From a virus, in the IMG/VR virus record IMGVR_UViG_3300051212_000701, positions 1 through 64,000 of that record: DNA of 64,000 bases. The stretch is one strand, 5' to 3'. Below, piece by piece: positions 55,573 through 64,000 of the stretch. The stretch's first letter is position 1; each line of letters starts with the position of its first letter. Made by a program: the position numbers and the translations under genes. The notes under the pieces were generated by a model. The model worked only from the letters and a program-made list of their open reading frames with translations, did not search any database and was not told the origin of the DNA.

Positions 55573-56358
55573 TTCATTACCTCCTTCTGCGTTTGCCTGT
55601 TTTGCTAATTGTGTATCAGGCAACGTAAATCTTGATTGCTTATATGCATCAAGAATCTTATCTATCTCTTTTGACTTATTTACATCTGAGCTTTCAACCC
55701 ATCCAATAAGTTCCGCTGGCTTTCCAGATACTGGAGAGTCATATGTTTTTTCTGTTGAGATAAAAACAGAATCACTTTCTTCACAATAAAAAATATTTTC
55801 AACTTTTGTTTCTGCAGCAATTCCTTTAAAAACAAGCTGACCATTCATTTTTTGAATTGACAAAATGTTGCACAGCTCGTTTGCTGGAGAATCAACAATT
55901 GAAAGCTCAAGCAAAGAATATTCTTTAATAAATCTAGTTGATTTACCTGTTGATTTATTTACTTCATTATCAGATTCAATTATTTTTCCGCCAATAGAAA
56001 ATCCAGACAATGTTCCGTCAAGAACTTTTTCCCATGTGTCTTGTGCGCCCTTAGATATGTATGCGTCTACATAAACTCCATTATAAAATTCTTTTGTTGT
56101 TGGATCATAAAAGGTTTCTGGCTTAAAAGAAATCATTTTGCCTACGGCATTTGATCCGTGCATCTCACGAATGTTTCCACGAAAAGATTCAAAAGCTTTG
56201 ATGGATGCTTCTGCTGTTACCACATCACCTGTTTGATCTAGGTTATCTAGTGTGGCAAATCCAGATACAGTTCTCTTTTCACGGTTTACCTTAGTAAAAG
56301 GAACCGAAAGAGAGATGCTGTTTCCATCGCTGGACCATAATGATTTTTCAATATTCAT
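55012..56358 (-). CDS. prohead protease fused to scaffold
   Basis: GFAT..D..GD, REMH, GFSIGG, ELSIVDSPAN. Confidence 0.9.
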   Translation of the reverse strand: MNIEKSLWSSDGNSISLSVPFTKVNREKRTVSGFATLDNLDQTGDVVTAEASIKAFESFRGNIREMHGSNAVGKMISFKPETFYDPTTKEFYNGVYVDAYISKGAQDTWEKVLDGTLSGFSIGGKIIESDNEVNKSTGKSTRFIKEYSLLELSIVDSPANELCNILSIQKMNGQLVFKGIAAETKVENIFYCEESDSVFISTEKTYDSPVSGKPAELIGWVESSDVNKSKEIDKILDAYKQSRFTLPDTQLAKQANAEGGNEVSENTEAVAVVEETAVAAEETTPVAEAPAEAVAVEAEAPAAEAAEAPAEDAPAETLEKAADVSEVEVNAEPDFAKMLGELKGFFSDTLTKASESNAAQVASIKETVETFSKSVDARITELAEQHTALSNAVNEVKGTLSGVQKRVDAVEAETAIKKSSDLGRSEEVTIKKSKWNGSFLGSVNEIFN

Positions 56359-56411
56359 ATGCTTAATTATAGGTTTTTATATATCAAAAGGCAAATAGTA
56401 GTTGAGTGAGG

Positions 56412-57995
56412 CTAGTCGACCTGTCTTCCATCCCCTTTTGCATTTCTGCCTTCCCCTGAAACATCTGGGGCATTTGCCTGTCTATCTTGAGACCTTTGTC
56501 TGGTATTTAAAGCCTGAGATTTAATTTCTGCTGCCTTTGCTTGAAGGTCTACCACTTCGTCTCCGCCATCAATAGGAATCATTCCCTTTCTAATTCTAAC
56601 TTCATTAGGGGTAATTACCTGCATTCTAAGGTATCTTTCGTCAATCTTAGACTGAGTATCTTCATCGGTCAATGTTAATTCATTGAATTTAAGAAGAAGA
56701 GCGTCTGTTTTTTCTTCAAATATTCTATTAATTTTCTTTTCAAGAATCATTTGTGCTGGACGGCAAACTTGCTCCTTAAACATTTTATCTGCATCACGGG
56801 CTACGGCTAGGTTGACCCCTTCTGGAGTTCCTATTTTATTGATTGGCACACGATGGGCAAGCAATATTTCATCTCTATTAGATTTACGATATTTTTCAAA
56901 AGAACCTTCTTGGCTACCAGCTTCAATTGGGTCCATTTTAAATTCAACCTTAGAGTCAGGAGAATCGGCTGGCAACGGAACATATAGAGATCTATGGTTT
57001 TTGCCCTTTAGGCCAACCTGGAAAAATTCTAGAAGTTTTCGTTCTGACTCTGCAGAAAGCTTTGCACCCTTTACCGTAATGATATATCTTGGTACAGCCT
57101 TGTTTTCAAAATAATCAATATTGTATCTACCAGATAACTCGTTACCTGCTAACGCTACCTGCGCCGCAATAATGTCTGGAACCCCGTAATAATTATTCAT
57201 AGGAGTGTATTTCTTTAGATGAATAATTTCATTTGGTCTTTCTTCTTGACTTCCAATCGGATTCTCTGTTTCTGTATCACCAAAATTACGGAAGAATACT
57301 GCTTTGCCATATAGTAATTGAACGAAGCCATCACGAAGTCTACGAACACGCATTGTTTTTGCTGGAATGTGTCCTATATAGCCTATGTTACCTGCTGTAG
57401 TTCTTCCTATTTCAATATAGCCATTTCCAGTTGCTTCGAGATCTGTATATGCTTTAATTAAAGTTTGAGTAAATGTATCTTCTTGATTTGTTGAATCTAC
57501 CCATAAATGCATATCTTGTCTTAGCTTATTGAGTTTTCTGCGAGCTCTTTCTAGCTGCTTGTCGTCTGTAATAGAATCAAATGCATCATTAGTTTTTTTA
57601 GTTTCAATAAAGTCATACCCAAGACCTACAATGTTTGCAACTTTTGCATTTATAGCTGCATAGTTATATGTAGAAATTTCATATACTTTAGAAAGATATT
57701 CAAGATTATATGGAGGCTCAATTAAATCAAATAATGCATAACCAGTAATAGCCTGAGCCAACTGTATCTGCTGTGTTTTTGTATCTTCGATTCCATCAAA
57801 AGACTTAGCCAGCTCTCTATTAACTTTTCTTCTAAATGCTGGTCCTAGGCCTCTAACCTTTTTTAAATCTTCTAAGCCTGCGGCAAATGGGTCATTACTT
57901 ACTTGAGTTTCTTTTTTAAAAGAAAACCAATCTGAGTTGTTTGTAATTTCAACTATGCTGTCTGAGTTGTCATCTTCAAGAAACTCTACTGTCAT
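56412..57995 (-). CDS. portal protein
   Basis: TGNGYIE, NEIIH, YYGVP, HRVP..IG, ITPNEVR. Confidence 0.93.
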   Translation of the reverse strand: MTVEFLEDDNSDSIVEITNNSDWFSFKKETQVSNDPFAAGLEDLKKVRGLGPAFRRKVNRELAKSFDGIEDTKTQQIQLAQAITGYALFDLIEPPYNLEYLSKVYEISTYNYAAINAKVANIVGLGYDFIETKKTNDAFDSITDDKQLERARRKLNKLRQDMHLWVDSTNQEDTFTQTLIKAYTDLEATGNGYIEIGRTTAGNIGYIGHIPAKTMRVRRLRDGFVQLLYGKAVFFRNFGDTETENPIGSQEERPNEIIHLKKYTPMNNYYGVPDIIAAQVALAGNELSGRYNIDYFENKAVPRYIITVKGAKLSAESERKLLEFFQVGLKGKNHRSLYVPLPADSPDSKVEFKMDPIEAGSQEGSFEKYRKSNRDEILLAHRVPINKIGTPEGVNLAVARDADKMFKEQVCRPAQMILEKKINRIFEEKTDALLLKFNELTLTDEDTQSKIDERYLRMQVITPNEVRIRKGMIPIDGGDEVVDLQAKAAEIKSQALNTRQRSQDRQANAPDVSGEGRNAKGDGRQVD

Positions 57996-58333
57996 TTTAA
58001 ACCACCTAATTTTTTCATTTCGTCTTTATAGTTTCCGATATCTAACGGGTCTGGAATCAATCCCCATTTTAATCTTTGTTCTTGTTCTGCGTATTCTTCA
58101 TCAGTAATTTTTCGTCTTGCTGAAAGAAATTTAGGCCCGCCCTCATATATGCCGTACGAGCGAACTTCTCTAGCCAAAGCATCGATTCTGGATCTATTGC
58201 CTTTTTTTGACGTAACCGAAAGATAATTGCCCTCATCGTCACCAATCCAGCGTCCGTCTGGCATTTCCCAGACGTATACCCCTAGAACGCTTTCTTCTTC
58301 TAAAGTCTTATAGCTTACCTTATTCATATCCAT
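57992..58333 (-). CDS. hypothetical protein
   Basis: ORF track; TGGTAAAAT promoter just upstream. Confidence 0.75.
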   Translation of the reverse strand: MDMNKVSYKTLEEESVLGVYVWEMPDGRWIGDDEGNYLSVTSKKGNRSRIDALAREVRSYGIYEGGPKFLSARRKITDEEYAEQEQRLKWGLIPDPLDIGNYKDEMKKLGGLK

Positions 58334-58399
58334 ATGTCTTTATTTTACCATTATTATTTACACAAGTCCAGAGTTTTGTCAATCAGAATGACAAAAAGT

Positions 58400-60223
58400 T
58401 TAAATGCTAGCAGACTGATATTCAGTATTATTGATTAAATAGGCTGTTCCGTCATTACCTAGGTCAGATTCGGATAATGATATTGAAGAATCTGTTACAG
58501 ACAAGACATACTGATGGGTATATAGCTGGTAATGATTTGTGGCTTGATCAGAGGTCAAGGCATCTGGATATAAGGCTATATTGCTATAAAGATTGTCTCC
58601 GCCTGAAACTGAGCCATTTTGATTATAATTAAATCTAATATTACTTGTAGCAGCAGAAGATAGGATAAGCACTATATGGTGTGGCATTCCTTTTGTTAAA
58701 AATTCAGATATATTGGTTGCTGAAGAGTGGTTTACTCCATTTACATATATGGCAGATATACCAGACTTATTTATAACCCCTGTAGATGACCATTCAAATA
58801 TTTTGCTATTACTTGAAAACAATACATTTTGTGTTGTTCCCATACTTGGGGTAAAAATTAATTCTAAAGATCTTACTGAATTTGCTGAGTCTATATTAAA
58901 TCCGCCGCCGTTATACATTCTAAGTCCATTATAATCGTTATAAGAAATTATTGGATGATTGTATCTAGATAAAGAATAATCACTTAATGAATAAATTCTG
59001 TCTGAAGAATTGTCTGCATAAAAATCATTATTAGAAAAGAAATCAAGAGACAAAGACTTTAATATTGGCAAATCTTTAGATGTATCTGAAGAAGACATTG
59101 TTACACGTAAATAAACAAGTCCGCTTGTTATTCCATCATTTTTATTAAAAAATGGTATTGGGCTATTATTTTTGCAGTTTTGCCAAGCTGTGCCGTCTTG
59201 ACTTACTTGAACAATTATATTGTCTACGTCGTCTTCCCAAGATATTTGAGATGTTACTACGTCTAACGAGCTTGGAATAATGATTGTTTCTGTAAAAGAA
59301 AATGTTTTTGTTCCTGAAGTATTAGTTTTAGCAAATGTAATATACGATTGATCAGTTGACATAACTGCATTTTCATTAATAACTTCAGACCAAAGCTTTG
59401 TGCCTGGGTAATAGTATCTTGCTACTGGTCTCATTTTAGAATGATTTAAACTAAATATGGATCCTCCGTCAGGATAAACAATTTGAGAATAGTCTAATTC
59501 TTTAATTCCTTCAGTATAATGTTTTGCTATTTTTAAACTACTTAAAACATATCTATAAAAAGATACAGAATCAACTACAAAATATTTGTTTGCAAGAGAT
59601 GGTCCAGTTGTCCAGTCTGTATCGGTTTCTGTAAACACAAAATTATCTAAAGGAACTGAAGAAACCCTATTACCATTTATATATAAAGATATTGAATTTT
59701 TTGTATATGTGCATACAATATGTATTGCTTTATTATTAGAATACTTATATCTTAATTCATTAGAATAAACCTTAAAAACAATATCTCCATTTTGATAAAA
59801 TAAACCTATATTTTTAACTGGATCGCCTAATATTGTTACTTCAGAAGAACTTGTATTTGGTAATTTTACCCATATTTCTAAAGAGAATGAGTTGTCTGAA
59901 TAATATTTATTTGCAAGTCCTGGAGCATTATATGTTATTGTTGTTTCATCAGAAATTAGTGTTCCATAAATTCCGCCTGCAACTAGAGGCATTATCTTAG
60001 ACCCAGATATTCCTGATACCGTTCCATTATTTATATTTCCTGAATAATCTAAAACTGCTTGTCCTGATATCTGATCGTATGAACTAAATGCGTCTCGTAC
60101 AGCTTGATATGTTGGATAGTTTGAAAGTATTTGATTATAATAGTCAAATGTTCCAGACTTTACTTCATCTAAAGTGTAGTATGATATTGGAGAATCAGCC
60201 AATACAGTTCTAAAATATGACAT
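58400..60223 (-). CDS. LamG/ConA-like domain virion protein
   Basis: VLADSPISYYTLDE, FSLEIW, HIVCTY, LYING. Confidence 0.8.
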   Translation of the reverse strand: MSYFRTVLADSPISYYTLDEVKSGTFDYYNQILSNYPTYQAVRDAFSSYDQISGQAVLDYSGNINNGTVSGISGSKIMPLVAGGIYGTLISDETTITYNAPGLANKYYSDNSFSLEIWVKLPNTSSSEVTILGDPVKNIGLFYQNGDIVFKVYSNELRYKYSNNKAIHIVCTYTKNSISLYINGNRVSSVPLDNFVFTETDTDWTTGPSLANKYFVVDSVSFYRYVLSSLKIAKHYTEGIKELDYSQIVYPDGGSIFSLNHSKMRPVARYYYPGTKLWSEVINENAVMSTDQSYITFAKTNTSGTKTFSFTETIIIPSSLDVVTSQISWEDDVDNIIVQVSQDGTAWQNCKNNSPIPFFNKNDGITSGLVYLRVTMSSSDTSKDLPILKSLSLDFFSNNDFYADNSSDRIYSLSDYSLSRYNHPIISYNDYNGLRMYNGGGFNIDSANSVRSLELIFTPSMGTTQNVLFSSNSKIFEWSSTGVINKSGISAIYVNGVNHSSATNISEFLTKGMPHHIVLILSSAATSNIRFNYNQNGSVSGGDNLYSNIALYPDALTSDQATNHYQLYTHQYVLSVTDSSISLSESDLGNDGTAYLINNTEYQSASI

Positions 60224-60230
60224 GTTTCTC

Positions 60231-61502
60231 CTAGTTAGTTTGCTCTAAAGCTGCCACTCTTGCGGATAGCTCTTGTACCGCCTTAATTAATGGTGCAATA
60301 AATTCACCATATCTTAATCCTTGTTCTGAATTAGGGTCTGAAGGATCCATGAGAATCCATCCAGCAAAATCATTTTGTGTGTGTAAATCTACTGCCTGCT
60401 TAACTTCTTGAGAAACAAGTCCGTAGTGATATCTTATGCCTGGTTGTGGCTCAAATGTTGGCTTACCATTTTCATCTAAAACAGGGTTTCCGTTTTCATC
60501 TACAACTTCTTTATTTTGACCAACAATAAATCTATATGATACTGGATGAAGATCATTTATAAAAGCTAATCCTAGATCTGATGTAGCAATATCTTTTTTC
60601 TGTCTTTGATCAGAAGTATTAATTGTTGATACACGGTTATAAATATTATTCCACTTATAAGTTGATGAGCCAAGATTATATGTAGTGTCTGAGAATGGGA
60701 ACCAGTTTCCGCATCCAGAAGTTGATGCGCTTCCCATTGATGTAAATCCAGCTAAAGTTGCTCCTTCTAATGTCCAGCTATACAAAGGATTTGATACAGT
60801 TCCCGCTGGACCTGTTGGTCCTGCTGGGCCTTGTGGACCTGTTGGGCCAGCAACTGTTGAGGCTGCGCCTGCTGGACCTTGTGGTCCTTGAGGGCCTGTT
60901 GGTCCTGCTGGGCCTTGTGCTCCAGCAGATCCTGCCGTTCCTTGTGGGCCTTGTGTACCTTGTGGACCTTGTGGTCCTTGAGGTCCTGTTGGTCCTGTTG
61001 GTCCAGCAACTGTTGATGCGGCTCCTGTAGCACCAGTAGCACCAGTGGCACCTGTTGGGCCTGCTGGGCCTTGGGGTCCAGCAACTGTTGAGGCTGCGCC
61101 TGTAGCGCCAGTAGGGCCTGTTGCTCCTGCTGGGCCTGCTGGGCCTTGGGGTCCAGCAACTGTTGATGCTGCTCCTTCTGGACCTGTTGATCCTGTTGGA
61201 CCTGTTGATCCTGTTGGGCCTGCTGGGCCTTGTACGCCTTGTGCGCCTGTAGCGCCTGTAGGGCCTGTTGGACCCTGTGGTCCAGCAACTGTTGAATCTG
61301 CGCCTGTGGCGCCAGTGGCACCTGTTGGTCCAGTTAGTCCCTGTGGGCCTGTTGCTCCTGCTGGGCCTTGTGCTCCTGTGGCGCCTGTTGGGCCTGCTGG
61401 AATTCTAACAAGAGTCCATGCAACTCCATCCCATTTCCAGGTATTGCCTGCAAATGAGTACTCTTGGTTTAAAGATGGCGATGATGGAAATGTAATTGTC
61501 AT
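60231..61502 (-). CDS. collagen-like fibre with S74 chaperone
   Basis: GXY repeats; SDQRQKKDI...[17 protein letters not shown]. Confidence 0.9.
   Translation of the reverse strand: MTITFPSSPSLNQEYSFAGNTWKWDGVAWTLVRIPAGPTGATGAQGPAGATGPQGLTGPTGATGATGADSTVAGPQGPTGPTGATGAQGVQGPAGPTGSTGPTGSTGPEGAASTVAGPQGPAGPAGATGPTGATGAASTVAGPQGPAGPTGATGATGATGAASTVAGPTGPTGPQGPQGPQGTQGPQGTAGSAGAQGPAGPTGPQGPQGPAGAASTVAGPTGPQGPAGPTGPAGTVSNPLYSWTLEGATLAGFTSMGSASTSGCGNWFPFSDTTYNLGSSTYKWNNIYNRVSTINTSDQRQKKDIATSDLGLAFINDLHPVSYRFIVGQNKEVVDENGNPVLDENGKPTFEPQPGIRYHYGLVSQEVKQAVDLHTQNDFAGWILMDPSDPNSEQGLRYGEFIAPLIKAVQELSARVAALEQTN
60800..61400. repeat. collagen-coding tandem repeats
   Basis: Repeated GPTGATG / [10 protein letters not shown] units. 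Confidence 0.85.
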
Positions 61503-61531
61503 GTTTCTCCTGTTCTTCTTTTATTATACCA

Positions 61532-61831
61532 TTAAGGTATTGATTTTTCCCATAGCCCAGTGTCTTCATTTAGCACTGAGCCATCTTCTGGGTCTGGATA
61601 TATAAAAGCATCAATGTCTTCTCTATATATCATACCTGGTTTTGCAAAATTTTTTCTTAGAGGTTCTTGATCATAGATATGAACTCCTCCTTTTGTATTA
61701 TAAGAAGTCTTAATCCATGTACCGCCTAAGTTGTCTATAATCCATTGATAGCCTTCATCAACATGATCGTTGTTTCCTACTATTACTCTTAAAACAATAT
61801 TATTTTCATCTATTTCTGCCCAATGTGACAT
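61532..61831 (-). CDS. fibre-associated small protein
   Basis: MSHWAEID..V.RVIV, W.KTSYN, LRKNFA motif typical beside Gly-rich fibres. Confidence 0.7.
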   Translation of the reverse strand: MSHWAEIDENNIVLRVIVGNNDHVDEGYQWIIDNLGGTWIKTSYNTKGGVHIYDQEPLRKNFAKPGMIYREDIDAFIYPDPEDGSVLNEDTGLWEKSIP

Positions 61832-61832
61832 A

Positions 61833-62729
61833 TTACACCGCTGACTTTAAATATCTAATTATTACAATTCCAGAAGCTCCTGAACCTGCAAAAAAAGCTG
61901 ATTGTTGATTATATGCATTTGATCCTCCGCCTCCACCACCGCCGCCGCCTGTGTTTGCTACTGCATCTCCAAACCAACCGTTAGGACCTGAAAAAGAATT
62001 ACTTGTTCCATCATTTAATGCCCATCCGCCTGCTCCGCCTACTGAAGATCCACCAGGTGCTGAGTAGGTTGTGCTTACACTTCCACCACCGCCGCCGCCT
62101 GCATAATATCCATTATAACCTGTAGAGGTTGCTGTAGCCCATGAAATATATGCTTGAGTACCTGGTCCGCCTGCGCCACCATTATTTGATCCTCCACCTG
62201 AACCACTACCTGCAGCTCCTCCGCCGCCACCATTTGCACTTGTTGTTCCACCACCGCCTGAGCCTCCATTATACCCTTGTGCTGGAACTACTGATGGAAC
62301 ATTTCCTGCGCCTGCGCCCGCAGACACTCCCCAGCTTACTCCACCACCGCCTGAGCCTCCATTTTTATTTCCATTCCAGTTTCCAGTTCCTCCACCTGCT
62401 GCAGAAAATGAATTGAATGATGAAGCTGTATCTTGTCCGCCAACCACTACTGGATAAGAATTTGGAGTCAATGTAAATGAAGTACTACGAACTCCTCCTG
62501 CGCCGCCACCGCCACCGCCGCCTCCGCCTGAGCCGCCGCCGCCAATTACTAAAACCTCTACATTTAAATTTGAATTGGATAGAAGAAAAGTATCGCTTGA
62601 TTTAAATGTTCTGTAATAATATGTAGAGTCAGATGTTAATACGCCACCAGAAATTTCTGCTTGTTTTTTCCCCCAAGCACCAAAAGCTCTTGATGAAAAG
62701 CTTGACCATGCTGTTACTATTGGACTCAT
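61833..62729 (-). CDS. glycine-rich domain virion protein
   Basis: [37 protein letters not shown]; start MSPI. Confidence 0.85.
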   Translation of the reverse strand: MSPIVTAWSSFSSRAFGAWGKKQAEISGGVLTSDSTYYYRTFKSSDTFLLSNSNLNVEVLVIGGGGSGGGGGGGGGAGGVRSTSFTLTPNSYPVVVGGQDTASSFNSFSAAGGGTGNWNGNKNGGSGGGGVSWGVSAGAGAGNVPSVVPAQGYNGGSGGGGTTSANGGGGGAAGSGSGGGSNNGGAGGPGTQAYISWATATSTGYNGYYAGGGGGGSVSTTYSAPGGSSVGGAGGWALNDGTSNSFSGPNGWFGDAVANTGGGGGGGGGSNAYNQQSAFFAGSGASGIVIIRYLKSAV

Positions 62730-64000
62730 GCAAATTTTACCATTGATGCAAAAACATAAAAAGAAGCATCTGCTGTTTTTGTAATGGTAAATGAGTATGC
62801 ATCTACTGAAGATGCATTTCCAGCCGAAGGAGCTGTTCCATTTTGCCATTTAACTGTTGTACTTGCACCATCAATTGTTAATGATGTCATATATCTTGGC
62901 GTAGCATCATTTGTGTTTAAAAATAATATTGTTGCAGATTGTCCTGCTGATAAAATTGAATTTAATGTTGTTGTTGAATCACCTCTAACATTTAATATAA
63001 AGTTTGAAGTTGATGGAAGAATATAATACATAAAGCTAGAAGTTTTAAAGTTTATATTTATTGTCCCGCTTGCTCCAGCACTAACGATTGTTGTGGTTTC
63101 TGTTGCTGCAGTTAAATTACTATTAGTAGCCAGTACTCCAGTTGCGCCTGTAGGACCTGTTGGTCCTGTTGGTCCTGGAACTATTGAGTCTGCCCCAGTT
63201 GCTCCTGTGGCACCTGTAGCGCCTGTAGGACCTGTTGGTCCCTCTGTGCCTGTAGGACCTGTAGCACCTGTTGGTCCAACTATTTGTCCTGAAGAAGACC
63301 ATGAAGATCCGTCCCAAATATAAAGGTCTCCGTCTGCATCTACTATTCTTGCATCATTAACTGAGTTTCCTGTAAGTGGTAGTGTTGCAATAGTTGGTGC
63401 GCTAGCTTTTAGATTTATAGAAAGTCCTTGTGGGCCAGTTGGACCTACTGGTCCTGTTGGTCCTGTTGGTCCTGCTAAAGAGCCACCAATTTCTACCCAA
63501 ACAGAATTGTAGTAAATATACTCTCTTCCTGTTGCAGAATTAAACCAACCTTGTCCTTCATAAGGATTAGATGGAGGATTTTCTGATGTTATAGAAAATG
63601 CTCCTGCTGAACCAGTTGAGCCTGTTGCACCTGTTGGACCTGTAGGACCTGTTGGTCCTGTTGGTCCAGCAACTGTTGAATCTGCGCCTGTGGCGCCAGT
63701 AGGTCCTGTTGGTCCTGGAACTATTGAGTCTGCTCCTGTTGGACCTTCTGGACCAGCAACCCCTGTGGCACCTGTTGGACCAGTTGCTCCAGTTGCTCCT
63801 TGTGGACCTTGAATTGTTCCTACATTTTCCCATTGAGAATTAGCCTGAGACCAAACGAATAGGGATCCATTAATTAAATATCCGTCACCAACATTTCCTG
63901 TAGGGTGTGCAGATTGTAAACTTGATAAAGATGGATAAGAACCTAATATTGTTACTGCAGTTCCTGTAGCACCTGTTGAGCCTGTTGCTCCTTGTGGACC
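62726..64000 (-). CDS. collagen-like fibre protein (5' end outside window)
   Basis: Frame open from window end through GXY blocks into the 101-aa track ORF ([14 protein letters not shown]). Confidence 0.85.
   Translation of the reverse strand, partial: GPQGATGSTGATGTAVTILGSYPSLSSLQSAHPTGNVGDGYLINGSLFVWSQANSQWENVGTIQGPQGATGATGPTGATGVAGPEGPTGADSIVPGPTGPTGATGADSTVAGPTGPTGPTGPTGATGSTGSAGAFSITSENPPSNPYEGQGWFNSATGREYIYYNSVWVEIGGSLAGPTGPTGPVGPTGPQGLSINLKASAPTIATLPLTGNSVNDARIVDADGDLYIWDGSSWSSSGQIVGPTGATGPTGTEGPTGPTGATGATGATGADSIVPGPTGPTGPTGATGVLATNSNLTAATETTTIVSAGASGTININFKTSSFMYYILPSTSNFILNVRGDSTTTLNSILSAGQSATILFLNTNDATPRYMTSLTIDGASTTVKWQNGTAPSAGNASSVDAYSFTITKTADASFYVFASMVKFA

Noticed and set aside
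60767-61321. Gln-rich 184-aa ORF
   Set aside because: Alternate frame of the collagen repeat
577-63323. Plus-strand ORFs in the track (e.g. 3985-4566, 10255-10980, 12134-12916, 61045-61605)
   Set aside because: Antisense shadows of well-supported minus-strand genes; no motifs or RBS
60800-64000. Repeats as CRISPR array or diversity-generating retroelement
   Set aside because: They encode collagen GXY; no reverse transcriptase or adenine-specific template/variable pair seen

Overview
A 64-kb segment of a large, AT-rich, long-tailed (siphovirus-like) dsDNA phage genome. Essentially every gene is on the minus strand. A WhiB gene, many leaderless promoters and an actinobacterial-style secreted surface protein point to an actinobacterial host, and the gene content resembles phages of freshwater Actinobacteria (inference). 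Read in transcription order (right to left), it contains: collagen, Gly-rich and LamG fibre genes; head and tail genes (portal, protease with nested scaffold, capsid, tail tube, frameshifted chaperones, 2134-aa tape measure, minor tail proteins); replication and recombination genes (phosphoesterase, DnaB, primase, SSB, DnaE, MazG, RecA, two resolvases, Cas4-like nuclease); terminase; five tRNAs; then an accessory region (Hsp20, SNase, IMPDH/GMP-reductase family, PA14 surface protein, lipoprotein and CHAP endolysin, WhiB, HslV-like protease, secreted subtilase, DenV-like glycosylase, thioredoxin, S-layer-like protein, dUTPase-like paralogues, HNH). The most notable observations are a set of phage-encoded exported host-surface proteins, promoters embedded in inverted repeats, structured 5' leaders (ROSE-like thermometer, pseudoknot), and an unknown insert in the tape measure protein. 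All protein calls come from motif recognition by eye; no database searches were run.
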